Part shown: one piece after another, positions 47,939-59,170 of the stretch
How the letters are laid out: each line of letters starts with the position of its first letter
Numbering within the stretch: the first letter of the stretch is position 1
From: Pseudomonadota bacterium
Lineage (GTDB): Bacteria > Pseudomonadota > Gammaproteobacteria > SURF-13
Direction of reading: 5' to 3'
Assembly: GCA_040756035.1 (NCBI GenBank)
Contig: JBFLZV010000001.1
Span: forward strand, 11,892-75,891
DNA: 64,000 bases
Notes under the pieces: generated by a model
Told to the model about the DNA's origin: nothing
The model's database searches: none
What the model saw: only the letters and a program-made list of their open reading frames with translations
Translations under genes and position numbers: made by a program

Positions 47939-48385
47939 TCAGCAGCCGCTGGTAATGGCCGCGATGGTCGGCGGTGAGCTGGCGCTGGCCGCTTCATCAT
48001 AGGTGACCGCACAGTTGGTCGGATCCGTCGCTCCGTCTTTCTTAAAACGGAAGATGCCTCCGCTCAACTCAGGCGTGAAGCCCGCCGTGTCGGCTAAGGT
48101 GGCGCCGATACCGCTGGAGCTCTCGGTGGGATAGAAGTTGGCCATGGAGATCGTAGCGCCTTCCATGCTGATGGAAGCGCCCGCCGCCTTGCTCTGCGCG
48201 AGCGAGGTGGCGTGGGCCAATGCCGCCGCGCTGCGCACGCTGCCTTCGAGACCTTTTACGGTGCTCTTGCGGGCGTCGGTGCTGGTGTCGGCGAAGCGGG
48301 GAACGGCAAAGGCGGCAAGAATGCCGAGGATGACGATGACAATAACAAGCTCAATAAGGGTAAAACCCTTTTGTTGGTTCTTCAT
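47939..48385 (-). CDS. mshA: MshA-like type IV pilin (copy 1)
   Basis: [33 protein letters not shown]...GC end. Confidence 0.87.
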   Translation of the reverse strand: MKNQQKGFTLIELVIVIVILGILAAFAVPRFADTSTDARKSTVKGLEGSVRSAAALAHATSLAQSKAAGASISMEGATISMANFYPTESSSGIGATLADTAGFTPELSGGIFRFKKDGATDPTNCAVTYDEAASASSPPTIAAITSGC

Positions 48386-48577
48386 TGTAAAACCCCTTGG
48401 GGACCGCAGTCCCATGTGAATTAACAAATGCGCCGCAGCGCGTTCACTTCATTTAGAGCCTTTCCCCTTCCGCGGAAGGGCAGTACCCCAGTGTTAATTT
48501 AACTTAACAGGCGAACGAATGCAACAAAAAGTTTGCGCTTTTGCGGCCCGGCAGCCGTAAAATTTACTAAGTTATTG

Positions 48578-49183
48578 TTAATTAACAACAAATAGTAGGT
48601 TGGCGAGGATGAATAGGCTGATAAGACTTATGAGGAATCCGGCTAATCGGGGGTGGGAAGTGGTGAAGCGTTGGGAATGATCTTGTATGACGCTCAATAA
48701 CTTACCCCCATCCGGGCCGGGGTAGCGGCGGTTGGCCCAGGCTTCAACCCCTTTTAGCAGGCTGGGCCGGATGAGCATGACGGCGCCGATGAGGGCGGCG
48801 CACACGCTGGTAATGGCCAAGAAGGCCGTCATGCTTTCCACCACCCAGCCGACCGTGGCGCGATTGAAGTGTATGGCGTAGGCGGAGATGACGGCCGTTT
48901 CGTTGTAGCGGTAAATAAGGCTATAAAGAGTGAACAGCGCCCCGCTCAGGATCAGTGCGCCGAAAAAGCGATGGCGCCTGTATACGTAACGCTCTATTTT
49001 AATGGGCTTTTGTAGCTGATCGATCGGCAGGCGCGCGGTCAATCGCTGTTTAATGTATTGCCCGGCCTGGAGCAGACTATAAGGTTTAACGAGCAAGCCT
49101 ATGCCGAGGAGCAACGCCACTATGCAGATGACGAGCAACACCGTCCAGAAGCCGTAAAAGGCGAGTTCGCTTAAGTTCTCCAT
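48578..49183 (-). CDS. Hypothetical multi-TM membrane protein
   Basis: Four hydrophobic segments; co-oriented inside the msh locus. Confidence 0.72.
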   Translation of the reverse strand: MENLSELAFYGFWTVLLVICIVALLLGIGLLVKPYSLLQAGQYIKQRLTARLPIDQLQKPIKIERYVYRRHRFFGALILSGALFTLYSLIYRYNETAVISAYAIHFNRATVGWVVESMTAFLAITSVCAALIGAVMLIRPSLLKGVEAWANRRYPGPDGGKLLSVIQDHSQRFTTSHPRLAGFLISLISLFILANLLFVVN

Positions 49184-49311
49184 GGATTTTCTGGTAACGC
49201 GAAGATGTTCGGACTACGGAATCATTACTATTTTACGTGAAACTGATCGTTAAAGATAGTGGGAATAATTCCCACATTCCTGAATTCCGCCAGCGAGGGA
49301 ATGGCGATCCT

Positions 49312-49890
49312 TTAAGGCTGCACAGATATAGCCGGAGCGGCTGAAGCCGTGGAAGGTTGCTTGAGCCAACTATAAGGTTCCAACTCGACCAGCCGCACGC
49401 CGTTGAGAGTTTCTCTGCCTTTGTCGAAAACCTTGTTGCCGTTGCTGTCGTGATAGACCAGGCGCACGGCGAAGCGCGCGCGCGGCGGGGCGGCGAGTCC
49501 GCCGCGGAAATAGTCGGTGTTTTTGACCAGGTAGACCAGCGCGCGGTCACGCGTGTCGAAGTACCACGCGCCGGTTTCGAGTTCGCTGAATTTCGGCGCG
49601 GCGAGTTCGCCTAAATAATTTTTGGGCAACTCGCTGAGGTTGGCCATGGGATTGCTGTTTTCCAAGGCGGCGATGGCCGCGACATCATCCTTGGCGAGAT
49701 GCGCCGCGACCCTGATGTTCAGCGCGCTGCGCAGCGTGCCCACCGCGGATTCCATGGCGGTGATTTCGGCGTCCGAGCGCGTGCCGAGCAGCTTATTGGC
49801 GGCGATGACGAACAATATGCTGATGACGACCGCGACAATGGCGAGTTCGAGCAGTGAGAAGCCGCGTTGTTTAGAAGGTAACTTAAACAT
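49312..49890 (-). CDS. Prepilin-type N-terminal cleavage protein (MshB/MshF position)
   Basis: QRGFSLLELAIV class III signal; NPM..L...P.NYLGE and GAWYFD motifs; follows mshG. Confidence 0.8.
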   Translation of the reverse strand: MFKLPSKQRGFSLLELAIVAVVISILFVIAANKLLGTRSDAEITAMESAVGTLRSALNIRVAAHLAKDDVAAIAALENSNPMANLSELPKNYLGELAAPKFSELETGAWYFDTRDRALVYLVKNTDYFRGGLAAPPRARFAVRLVYHDSNGNKVFDKGRETLNGVRLVELEPYSWLKQPSTASAAPAISVQP

Positions 49891-49933
49891 TAGTATTTAT
49901 GTTTAACGATCATAGTGAACTTGGATTCTGTGT

Positions 49934-50030
49934 CTCGGCCATCCCTGGCGAGGCTTCAATTTCCTTAATCGACCCCAGCCAGGACATCCTGTCCTGGCGT
50001 TCGCGGCTCCTAAACCCGCCGCTCACCCCC
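49934..50030. repeat. REP/MITE-like palindromic element
   Basis: Hairpins CTCGGCCATCCCTGGCGAG and GCCAGGACATCCTGTCCTGGC; related motifs at 25962 and 34576-34673. Confidence 0.5.
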
Positions 50031-51246
50031 TTGCCGCGCGGGCCAGTTCCCACATGGGCAGGAAAATGCCGAGCGCGAGGATCAGCACCATGATGCCGAT
50101 GGCGACCATGAGGATGGGTTCGACGGCGGCGCTGAGGCTTTTGATGTCGTAGTCGACTTCGCGTTCGTAGAATTCCGCGACTTCCAGCAGCAGGCTGTCG
50201 ACCGCGCCGGTTTGTTCGCCGACCGCGAGCATTTGCAGCACCAGCGGCGTGAACATGCCGCTCAGCGTGGCGGTGCGCGTGAGGCTTTCGCCGCGCTCGA
50301 TGCCGTTGCGCATGGATAGCACGCGCTCGGCGATGAACTCGTTGTCGAGCGCCTTGGCGGCGACGGTGAGACCCTGGATGAGCGGCACGCCGGTGCGCGA
50401 GGTCATGGCGAAGCAGCGCGCGAAGCGCCCGAGCGTGGCGCGGCGGATGATGTCACCGACCAGCGGCAAGCGCATTTTCATTTTGTGCCATTGATAGCGG
50501 CCGTTTTCGGTTTTGACGTAGGAGCGCAGCGCGACGATGCCGATAGCGAGGCCGGCCAGCAGATACGGCCAGAACGTGACGAAGAAATCGGAAACGCCGA
50601 TCAGCAATCTGGTGGCAAACGGCAATTCGACGCGGAATGATTTGAAGATTTTCGCGAACGCCGGGATCACGAACATGTTGATGATGACGATGGCGATGGC
50701 GATGGCGCTGATGACGATGGCCGGGTAACGCAGCGCGGCCTTGATGCGGTCGCGTGTGTCTTTTTCCAGTTCCAGATATTGCGAGATTTGCAGGAATACT
50801 TCATCGAGCCGCCCGGTGCTTTCGCCGACTTGCACGAGGCTGATAATGAGACTGGGAAATATCTGCGGGTGACGCGCCATGGAGCTGGACAAATCGCGCC
50901 CCGCCTCGAGATTGGCGGTGATATCGGCGAGCGCCTGGGCCATGGCCGGGTTGCGCGTGGACTCGGCGAGTCCGGCCAGCGCCTGGATGATGGGCACGCC
51001 CGATTTTGTGAGCGTGTGCATCTGATGACTGAACAGGATGAGGTCGGAGAGTGTTGGTTTTTTGCGCGCCGTCAGCCTGCGCAGTTGCGTGAGCACGTCG
51101 GACTTGGGACGCGCCGGGACGATGTCGATAGGCGTGATGCCGCTGTTGAACAGTTGCGTGGCGACGGCGTCCGCCGACGCGGCTTCGATATTGCCGCGCA
51201 CCAGGTCGCCACGCACGCCGCGGCCTTGGTAGTGGAAGATCGCCAT
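50023..51246 (-). CDS. mshG: MSHA platform protein (PilC/GspF family)
   Basis: SGVPI, GESTGRLD, ALRYP, VGEQTG, EPIL, IFLPMW. Confidence 0.92.
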   Translation of the reverse strand: MAIFHYQGRGVRGDLVRGNIEAASADAVATQLFNSGITPIDIVPARPKSDVLTQLRRLTARKKPTLSDLILFSHQMHTLTKSGVPIIQALAGLAESTRNPAMAQALADITANLEAGRDLSSSMARHPQIFPSLIISLVQVGESTGRLDEVFLQISQYLELEKDTRDRIKAALRYPAIVISAIAIAIVIINMFVIPAFAKIFKSFRVELPFATRLLIGVSDFFVTFWPYLLAGLAIGIVALRSYVKTENGRYQWHKMKMRLPLVGDIIRRATLGRFARCFAMTSRTGVPLIQGLTVAAKALDNEFIAERVLSMRNGIERGESLTRTATLSGMFTPLVLQMLAVGEQTGAVDSLLLEVAEFYEREVDYDIKSLSAAVEPILMVAIGIMVLILALGIFLPMWELARAARG

Positions 51247-51249
51247 GGG

Positions 51250-52982
<1,733 letters not shown>

Positions 52983-52986
<4 letters not shown>

Positions 52987-53228
52987 GACGCGGCCCCCTG
53001 CGCAATAAGAAGAAAAATAAGCGAACTTCGTTCGCTTTGCTTCTTATTGCCCAAATCTCCAGTTTTTACTCTACCCCTACCCTGTCTTTTATGCTGCGCT
53101 ATCTCTTCTCCGCATAGAGGCCCGGGGTATACAATCCGTGTACACCCGTGAGGCGGCTTTGCTGCCTCACCCCCTTCAATAGGGGGCGGGGACGCACTCC
53201 GGGACACTATCTTATCAATGAATTTCAT
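52983..53228 (-). other. Palindrome-rich insert between mshN and mshE that reads as an 81-aa ORF
   Basis: ATG overlaps the mshN stop and TGA overlaps the mshE start; contains several hairpins (e.g. 53002-53050). Confidence 0.45.
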
Positions 53229-54730
53229 TGGCGTGCGAGCGCGGAAAGTCTGCCTTTTACGTAACCGGCCAGCGGCGCGTCCAGTCCGCCGCTTTGCAGC
53301 GCGCGTGTGTAAGCCTGCGCGGCGTCCTGGGGCTGCTGCACGGCCTCCAGCGATATCCCCAAACCCATCCACCACGTGCCTTGCAGCGGTTTGAGCGCGA
53401 GCGCTTGCTGATAAGTTTGCACGGCCTTCTCGTGATTCTCCGCACGCTGATAGAGCGCGGCGAGGAAGCTTAAATAATCGGCGTTTTGCGTGGCCTGCGG
53501 CAGGCCTTTTTCCAGCGCCGCCAACGCGTCATTGGCGTTGCCCTGCTCGACCAGCACGCGCGCGTAAAGCTGCACGAGCGGCGCATCCCGCGAATTGAGT
53601 TGCACACCCGCGGCGAGCAGCGCCTGCGCTTCGCTCAAGCGTCCGCCCTGCACCAGCAGTTCGGCCAGCGCGATGCGCGCGCGGCTGTAGTTTGCATCGT
53701 GATCGAGCGCTTGGCGCAACGCCGCCTCCGCCGCGCCAAGCTGTCCGCTTTGCAGCAACGCGGCGCTCTCCTGGTACGCGGATTCGGCTTGCTCGCGCGG
53801 GCTGGCGTTGCGCGGCGTTTTGCTCATGGCCGGACTCGCCGTGGGCGGCTGCGCGGCGCGCGCGGGCGTCGGGGATTTTTCCTGTTTGGGCGCGGCGCTC
53901 AATGCCGATGGCGCGGCGGCGGGGTAAATATCCACCACCAGGCGGTGGCTGTAATTTTGCTTGGGAGGCAGGGTAAAGCTGCTGGCTTTAACCGAGGACT
54001 TCGCGACGAGCGTGACGCGCACGCCGCCTTCGTGCGCATCGCTTTGCAGATTTTCGATCAGGCTGCCGGCGAGATCGGGTGGCGCGAGCGGGCCGTTCAG
54101 TTGCACGCCGTCCAGGTCGATGACGACGCGCGCGGGATTATCGAGCGTGGCGAGGCGATGTTCGGCGTGCGCGCTTAGATCAAAAATAACGCGAGTGTGG
54201 TCGGGTAAGCTGCTCAAACGCACGCGTTTGATTTCTACGGCGGCGGAATCGACTTGCGCCGTTGCGGGCACGGCGGGCGGCGCGGCACTTTCCACGGGCA
54301 TGATGGGCAGCGCTTCATCATCGGCGACATCGGATGGCGCTGGTGTAGTTTCCGGCGCAGTCGGTTGCGCGGCCTCGGCGGCAGGCGTCGGCGGCGCGGG
54401 CTGCGCGACTTCGACAGTAGGCGCCAGCGGCGGTGACTCGGGCGCCGGCTGTGCGGGCGAAGCCGGCGCGGGCGTCGCCGCGACAGGCTCAGGCTGAACG
54501 GGCGGCGGCGGAATCACCGCGGGTTGCGGCGCGGCGAAGTAGTGCCATAGCAGCGCGATGACGATAACGGCAGTGAGCGCGCTCGCGCCCCATACCGCGT
54601 AGCGCACATAAGGACGCGCCGGCGCCGACGACGGCGTGCCCGGCCACACCAGATCGGCGAGCAGGTCGCGCTGTGCGGGCTGCGCGCGGCGCCGCTCCAA
54701 GTCTTGCAGCATTTGATTGATGAGGCTCAC
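53225..54730 (-). CDS. mshN: MshN-like TPR protein with internal AMIN domain
   Basis: SLINQMLQDLERR N-terminus, TM, Pro-rich linker, AMIN (TRVIFDL, PARVVIDL, HRLVVDI), TPRs with WWMGLGISLE. Confidence 0.82.
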   Translation of the reverse strand: MSLINQMLQDLERRRAQPAQRDLLADLVWPGTPSSAPARPYVRYAVWGASALTAVIVIALLWHYFAAPQPAVIPPPPVQPEPVAATPAPASPAQPAPESPPLAPTVEVAQPAPPTPAAEAAQPTAPETTPAPSDVADDEALPIMPVESAAPPAVPATAQVDSAAVEIKRVRLSSLPDHTRVIFDLSAHAEHRLATLDNPARVVIDLDGVQLNGPLAPPDLAGSLIENLQSDAHEGGVRVTLVAKSSVKASSFTLPPKQNYSHRLVVDIYPAAAPSALSAAPKQEKSPTPARAAQPPTASPAMSKTPRNASPREQAESAYQESAALLQSGQLGAAEAALRQALDHDANYSRARIALAELLVQGGRLSEAQALLAAGVQLNSRDAPLVQLYARVLVEQGNANDALAALEKGLPQATQNADYLSFLAALYQRAENHEKAVQTYQQALALKPLQGTWWMGLGISLEAVQQPQDAAQAYTRALQSGGLDAPLAGYVKGRLSALARQ

Positions 54731-55638
54731 GGCAACAGCGGCCACAAATAGTACGCACCCGCGCCGATGACGGCCACCGCGAGCGCGGCGGCAAGCGCCA
54801 CCAGGCGTGTGCGCGGCGGACGGCTGAGCCGTTCGTCGAGCGTGTCGCTGATCGCCAGGTGCACGTGCGCGCGCTCGATGCCGCGCACGCCTTGTCCGTA
54901 GGCCGCCATCAGCGCCTTGTGACAGAGAATGTTGATGAGACGAGGAATGCCGCGCGCGGCGGCGTAGATGTCGTTCAGCGCCGCGGGCGCGAACAGGCGC
55001 GCGCCGGTGTAACCCGCCACCAGCAGCCGATGCGCGATATAGCCGTCCAAGCCTTCTCTATCTAGCGGCTTGAGTTGATAGGAAAACACGATGCGCTGTT
55101 TGAGCTGGCGCACCGCCGGATGCGCCAGCACTTCGTGCAGTTCCGGCTGCCCGAACAGTACGACTTGCAGCAGCTTGCGCTTTTCGGTTTCCAGGTTGGT
55201 GAGCAGGCGCAGCATTTCCAGCGTTTCGATGGGCATGGCCTGCACTTCGTCGAGGCACAGCACCACGCGCTTTCCGGCGGCGTAGGAATCGATGAGCGTG
55301 CGTGTGAGGTGTTTCAATAATTGGTGCTGATCGTGCTTGTCTTCGTAGGGCACGCGCAACTCGTCGGCCACCGCGAGCAGCAGGGCCTTGGGTTCCAGGT
55401 AGGGATTGTGAATGTAGGCGGTGACGAATTCGTTGCGCAGCGAGTTGAGGAATTTGCGGCACAGCAGGGTTTTGCCGGTGCCCACTTCGCCGGTCACCAT
55501 GATGAAGCCGTCGCCGCTTTTCACCGCCACCAGCAGCGTGTTGAGCGCGTCGACGTAGGAGCCGTACGCATAGAAAAAGCTCGTGTCCGGGGTGATGCCG
55601 AAGGGCAGCTCACGCATGCCGAAGTGTTGCAAGTACAT
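54727..55638 (-). CDS. mshM: ExeA-like AAA ATPase MshM
   Basis: MYLQHFG..ELPF.ITPDT, GEVGTGKT, LRLLTNLETE, GIPRLINILCHK. Confidence 0.9.
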   Translation of the reverse strand: MYLQHFGMRELPFGITPDTSFFYAYGSYVDALNTLLVAVKSGDGFIMVTGEVGTGKTLLCRKFLNSLRNEFVTAYIHNPYLEPKALLLAVADELRVPYEDKHDQHQLLKHLTRTLIDSYAAGKRVVLCLDEVQAMPIETLEMLRLLTNLETEKRKLLQVVLFGQPELHEVLAHPAVRQLKQRIVFSYQLKPLDREGLDGYIAHRLLVAGYTGARLFAPAALNDIYAAARGIPRLINILCHKALMAAYGQGVRGIERAHVHLAISDTLDERLSRPPRTRLVALAAALAVAVIGAGAYYLWPLLP

Positions 55639-55649
55639 GGCGCTGGTCG

Positions 55650-57380
55650 CTACTGCGCGGTTCCGGTGTTGTGGTTGCGTTTGAGGCTCTTGAACGATTC
55701 GGCGGTGCTGCGCAGCGTATCCGACCATTGACCGTCTTCCACGACAATGGGGCGCAGCAGTATCACCAACTCGCTCTTGCGCGAGGCGCGGCGCTTGTGC
55801 GTGAACACACTGTCCAGCACCGGCACTTGATCGACGCCGGGCGGGCCGGCGTCGTCGTTGCGCGTGGTGTCTTGAATGAGGCCGCCGATCACCACCAATT
55901 GTCCGTTGGCGGCGCGGATGATGCTGTCCGATTCGCGGATGCTGCTGGAGGCGAGCGGCAGCGTCTGCGTGGTGCCGCCCACGGTGAGCGTCTTGGAACG
56001 GTCGGTGACCTGGCTGACCGATGGATGAATGTGCAGGATTACATTGCCCGCATCGCTGATCTGCGGCGTTACGTCGAGCGCGATGCCGGAGAAGAACGGC
56101 GTGAGCGTGATGTTGGGATTGGTGACGGTGGTGGTGCCGGTGACGGTGGTGGTGGAGACGTTGGTGACGAAGAAGTCGTCGGAACCCACTTTGATCACCG
56201 CCTTTTGGTTGTTCACCGTGGACACGCGCGGACTGGACAGCACTTGCACGTCACCCTGTGATTTGAGCAATTCGATGAAGGCGTTGAAATCGTTGAGCGC
56301 CAGCGCCAGCGAGAAAATGCCCGCCGCGCCGGAAAACGCCGTGCTGGTGTTGGCCACGCCGGTGGCGCTGAACACGCTGGCGCCGGCGCCCAACTGTCCG
56401 GCGGTGATGGATTGACCCTGCGCGGGCTGGCCGAGCAGCGACCAGTTGATGCCGGATTGGAAACCGTCGCTCAATTCCACTTCCAGAATCTTCGCCTCCA
56501 GGATCACCGAGCGCTCGATGCTGCTCTGCGTGGCCTTGAGGAAATCGTCCACCGCGCGCAGCTCGTCCGGCAACGCGCGCACGATCACCACGCCGGATTG
56601 CGGATTCACCACCACGCTGCGCCCGCCCTCGGCGCCGACCAGGGTTTTCAGCGCGGTTTCCAACTCCACCCAGAAATCGGAACGCGAGCGCGTGTCGATC
56701 TGGCTGCCGGAGGTGGCGGCCCCGCTGGCGCCGCCGGTGGGAGTGGTGGGTGTGGTAGGCGTCGTGCCGCCGCCGAGTAGCGCACCCAAGCCTGCGGCCG
56801 TGTTGGTGCCGCCGCTGCTGGTGCTGCCCACGCTGCCGGCGATTTGACCGGAGTTGACGCGTGTCTGCGAGCTGCCGGCGCGCTCCACGGTGAGATAATT
56901 GACTTTAAACGTGCGTGACTGCATGGTCGCGGGCAGGATGCGGTAGCCCGAAGCGGCGCGCTGGAAGTCGTAACCGTACACGTCGCGCACCGCCTCCAGC
57001 ACTTCCGGCACCGTGACGTTCTTGAGATTCAGCGAAATTTCACCCGCCACTTCCGGGTGCACCACCACGTTATATGGCGTACCTTCCACCAAACTCATGA
57101 AAAATTGCTGCGCGGGCATTTGATTCACCGCGATGTCGAAGCGCGGCTCGGCGCTCGTCTGCGGTCCGGGCGCGCCACCGGTGAGCGGCGGCAACAGCGC
57201 CTGTTTCACCTCGCTGGGCGGCGCGGCGCTGGCCGGCGGCGCGGGCTGCGCGCCTTCCTCCAGGGTTTTTTCGATGCTCCTCCAGGTGTCGCCGGTCTGC
57301 GCGGGTTGCGTCGCGCAGGAATTCAGCGCGGCCAGACATAGCGCGGTAAGCGCGGCGCGCCGGAGAGGTTGGTCAATCAT
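55650..57380 (-). CDS. mshL: MSHA secretin (lipoprotein)
   Basis: Lipobox LNSC; FFMSLV.GTPYN, VILEAKILEV.L.DGFQSGINW, LSSPR...NNQKAVIKVG, PFFSGIALDVTPQI. Confidence 0.93.
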   Translation of the reverse strand: MIDQPLRRAALTALCLAALNSCATQPAQTGDTWRSIEKTLEEGAQPAPPASAAPPSEVKQALLPPLTGGAPGPQTSAEPRFDIAVNQMPAQQFFMSLVEGTPYNVVVHPEVAGEISLNLKNVTVPEVLEAVRDVYGYDFQRAASGYRILPATMQSRTFKVNYLTVERAGSSQTRVNSGQIAGSVGSTSSGGTNTAAGLGALLGGGTTPTTPTTPTGGASGAATSGSQIDTRSRSDFWVELETALKTLVGAEGGRSVVVNPQSGVVIVRALPDELRAVDDFLKATQSSIERSVILEAKILEVELSDGFQSGINWSLLGQPAQGQSITAGQLGAGASVFSATGVANTSTAFSGAAGIFSLALALNDFNAFIELLKSQGDVQVLSSPRVSTVNNQKAVIKVGSDDFFVTNVSTTTVTGTTTVTNPNITLTPFFSGIALDVTPQISDAGNVILHIHPSVSQVTDRSKTLTVGGTTQTLPLASSSIRESDSIIRAANGQLVVIGGLIQDTTRNDDAGPPGVDQVPVLDSVFTHKRRASRKSELVILLRPIVVEDGQWSDTLRSTAESFKSLKRNHNTGTAQ

Positions 57381-57790
57381 GGCGATGCACCTGTTTGACT
57401 AATCGGTCTTTTTACCTTGGAAATTTTTACGCCGGCAGGCAGCAGGTTCAGCGTGAGAGCGCCTTGCGCGGTTTTTAACTGTACGGCGAGCGGGGTGATG
57501 CCCACGACCTGGGCGCCGTCCAGCGTATCACCTTCCTTCACAAGCTGTCCATTGATGACCGCGAGGCGCCGCTCACGCGCCACCAGCGTGGAGCTCAGCA
57601 CCCACTCGGCTTGCGGCGCGGGCGCTGTCTCGTCCGACGGCGGCAACGGGCCGCTATCCAGATAATCGGCGGGCTGGGTGGGGTCTTGCAGGGCGTGCGC
57701 CGCAGAGAAAAGAGCAAAGAGAAAAGAGAAAAGTAAAAACCTGCTTACTTTTCTCATGCATCTTTTCTCTTTTCTCTGTCGTTCAAACAC
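57377..57790 (-). CDS. mshK: MSHA biogenesis protein MshK
   Basis: Signal peptide, LQDPTQP, AVINGQLVKEGD. Confidence 0.8.
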   Translation of the reverse strand: MFERQRKEKRCMRKVSRFLLFSFLFALFSAAHALQDPTQPADYLDSGPLPPSDETAPAPQAEWVLSSTLVARERRLAVINGQLVKEGDTLDGAQVVGITPLAVQLKTAQGALTLNLLPAGVKISKVKRPISQTGASP

Positions 57791-58427
57791 CCAACCAGCC
57801 CTCCTTCAAGCTGAGCGTGTGTACGGTAATCGTAACACGCGCTTTGGGAAATTTTTCCACTTTAAGTTCCAAGCTGTCCCAAAACAACTGCCAGGGCAGC
57901 GCCTCCAGTTCCTTGAGATAATTATACGTGCTTAGATAACCACCCTCGAACTCCAACACCAAGCCGTGTTTGTACGCCGCCGCGCCGCTTTGCCCCGCGG
58001 GCGTCAACGGCACGGCCTCTAGATTTTTTACGCGGATAAGTTTCAGATCGGGTTCGCGCGTCAGCACCTCTTGCAGCACCTTGAGCATTTGCGTGGGTTC
58101 GATCAGGCCGATGGTGACTTTTTTCAGTTGCTCGTCGAGCCCGGCGAGCTGCTGCCGCAACTGCGTCAGGCGCGCCTTGTTGGCGGCGTCCGGATCGACT
58201 TCGCCGCCGCTCAGCACGGTCTGTTCCTGCAATTGCAGCGCCGCAATCTGCTGCTGCGTCTCCTGCAACTGCGCGGTGATGCGCTTTTGCTTGGCGGTGA
58301 GCGGGTCGAGCAGCGCGTTGGCCCATACGCTGTAGATAACGAACAGCATGGCCGCCAGCACCATGCCGCGCTCGCGCAGCGTCAGGCCATTGATCCAGTC
58401 GATGAGTTGTTGAAGTTTCTTTTTCAT
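57783..58427 (-). CDS. mshJ: MSHA biogenesis protein MshJ (PilO/GspM-like)
   Basis: LTLRER, DPD, YKHG..LEFEGGY...YL..LE.LPWQLFW, HTLSL. Confidence 0.87.
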   Translation of the reverse strand: MKKKLQQLIDWINGLTLRERGMVLAAMLFVIYSVWANALLDPLTAKQKRITAQLQETQQQIAALQLQEQTVLSGGEVDPDAANKARLTQLRQQLAGLDEQLKKVTIGLIEPTQMLKVLQEVLTREPDLKLIRVKNLEAVPLTPAGQSGAAAYKHGLVLEFEGGYLSTYNYLKELEALPWQLFWDSLELKVEKFPKARVTITVHTLSLKEGWLGV

Positions 58428-58443
58428 TCGTTTTTATTCTTTG

Positions 58444-59163
58444 TTATTCACTCACCAGTTGTTGCACCGCCGCTGAGGCCTTTTCCACCACGCCGGGCTG
58501 TGTGGGTTCGACCGAGGCCGCCGGCGCGACTTGCGGCGCCGGCTGTGCCGCAATGCGCGCGGGTTCTTCCACGCTATCGGTGGTGCGTAGAGTAAAATCA
58601 ATGCGCGCGGTATCGGTGTTGGGGCGCTCCATGAGTAGCGTTTTGAATTCGGCGCCGGCGAACGCCGGTTCCTTACCGAGCTGTTGCAGGAATGCCGGCA
58701 CCAGTTCCGGCGCCAAGGTGCTGCCGAAGATGGTGAGCGCGCCGCCGCCCGCGCTGATGCTTAAGCCCGTCAGCCACATGCCCTCGACGCGCTGCTTAGC
58801 CAAACCTTCCAGGTATTTCGAAAAACCGGCGCTGTTGCCGAAACCGCCGCCGGAAAAACTTTGTAGCACGGTTTGCTTGGCGGCGACGTCCGCTTCGAGG
58901 CGCGCCACTTCTTGTTCCAGCGCCGCGCTCTTGGTGCGCCCCGCATAGCGCTTGTTGAGGTCTTCGACGCGACTCACGGCAGCCACTTGCTGCGCCTGCA
59001 AGCGCGCCAGCACCTGTTCCAATTCCTGCACTTGCCAGCGCGCGTAGACGTAAATGAGCAGGAGCCCGGCGATCATCGCCAGACACACTTGGAACAGCGC
59101 CAACGCGCTGAACACTTTGCGCTGCTTGCGGAAAATCGGTTGATAGAGATTTATTTGCTGCAT
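58444..59163 (-). CDS. MSHA biogenesis protein, PilN-like (MshI C-terminal part)
   Basis: QQINLY, TM, coiled coil, GFS.YLEGLA, MWLT. Confidence 0.8.
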   Translation of the reverse strand: MQQINLYQPIFRKQRKVFSALALFQVCLAMIAGLLLIYVYARWQVQELEQVLARLQAQQVAAVSRVEDLNKRYAGRTKSAALEQEVARLEADVAAKQTVLQSFSGGGFGNSAGFSKYLEGLAKQRVEGMWLTGLSISAGGGALTIFGSTLAPELVPAFLQQLGKEPAFAGAEFKTLLMERPNTDTARIDFTLRTTDSVEEPARIAAQPAPQVAPAASVEPTQPGVVEKASAAVQQLVSE

Positions 59164-59170
59164 GGCGCGC

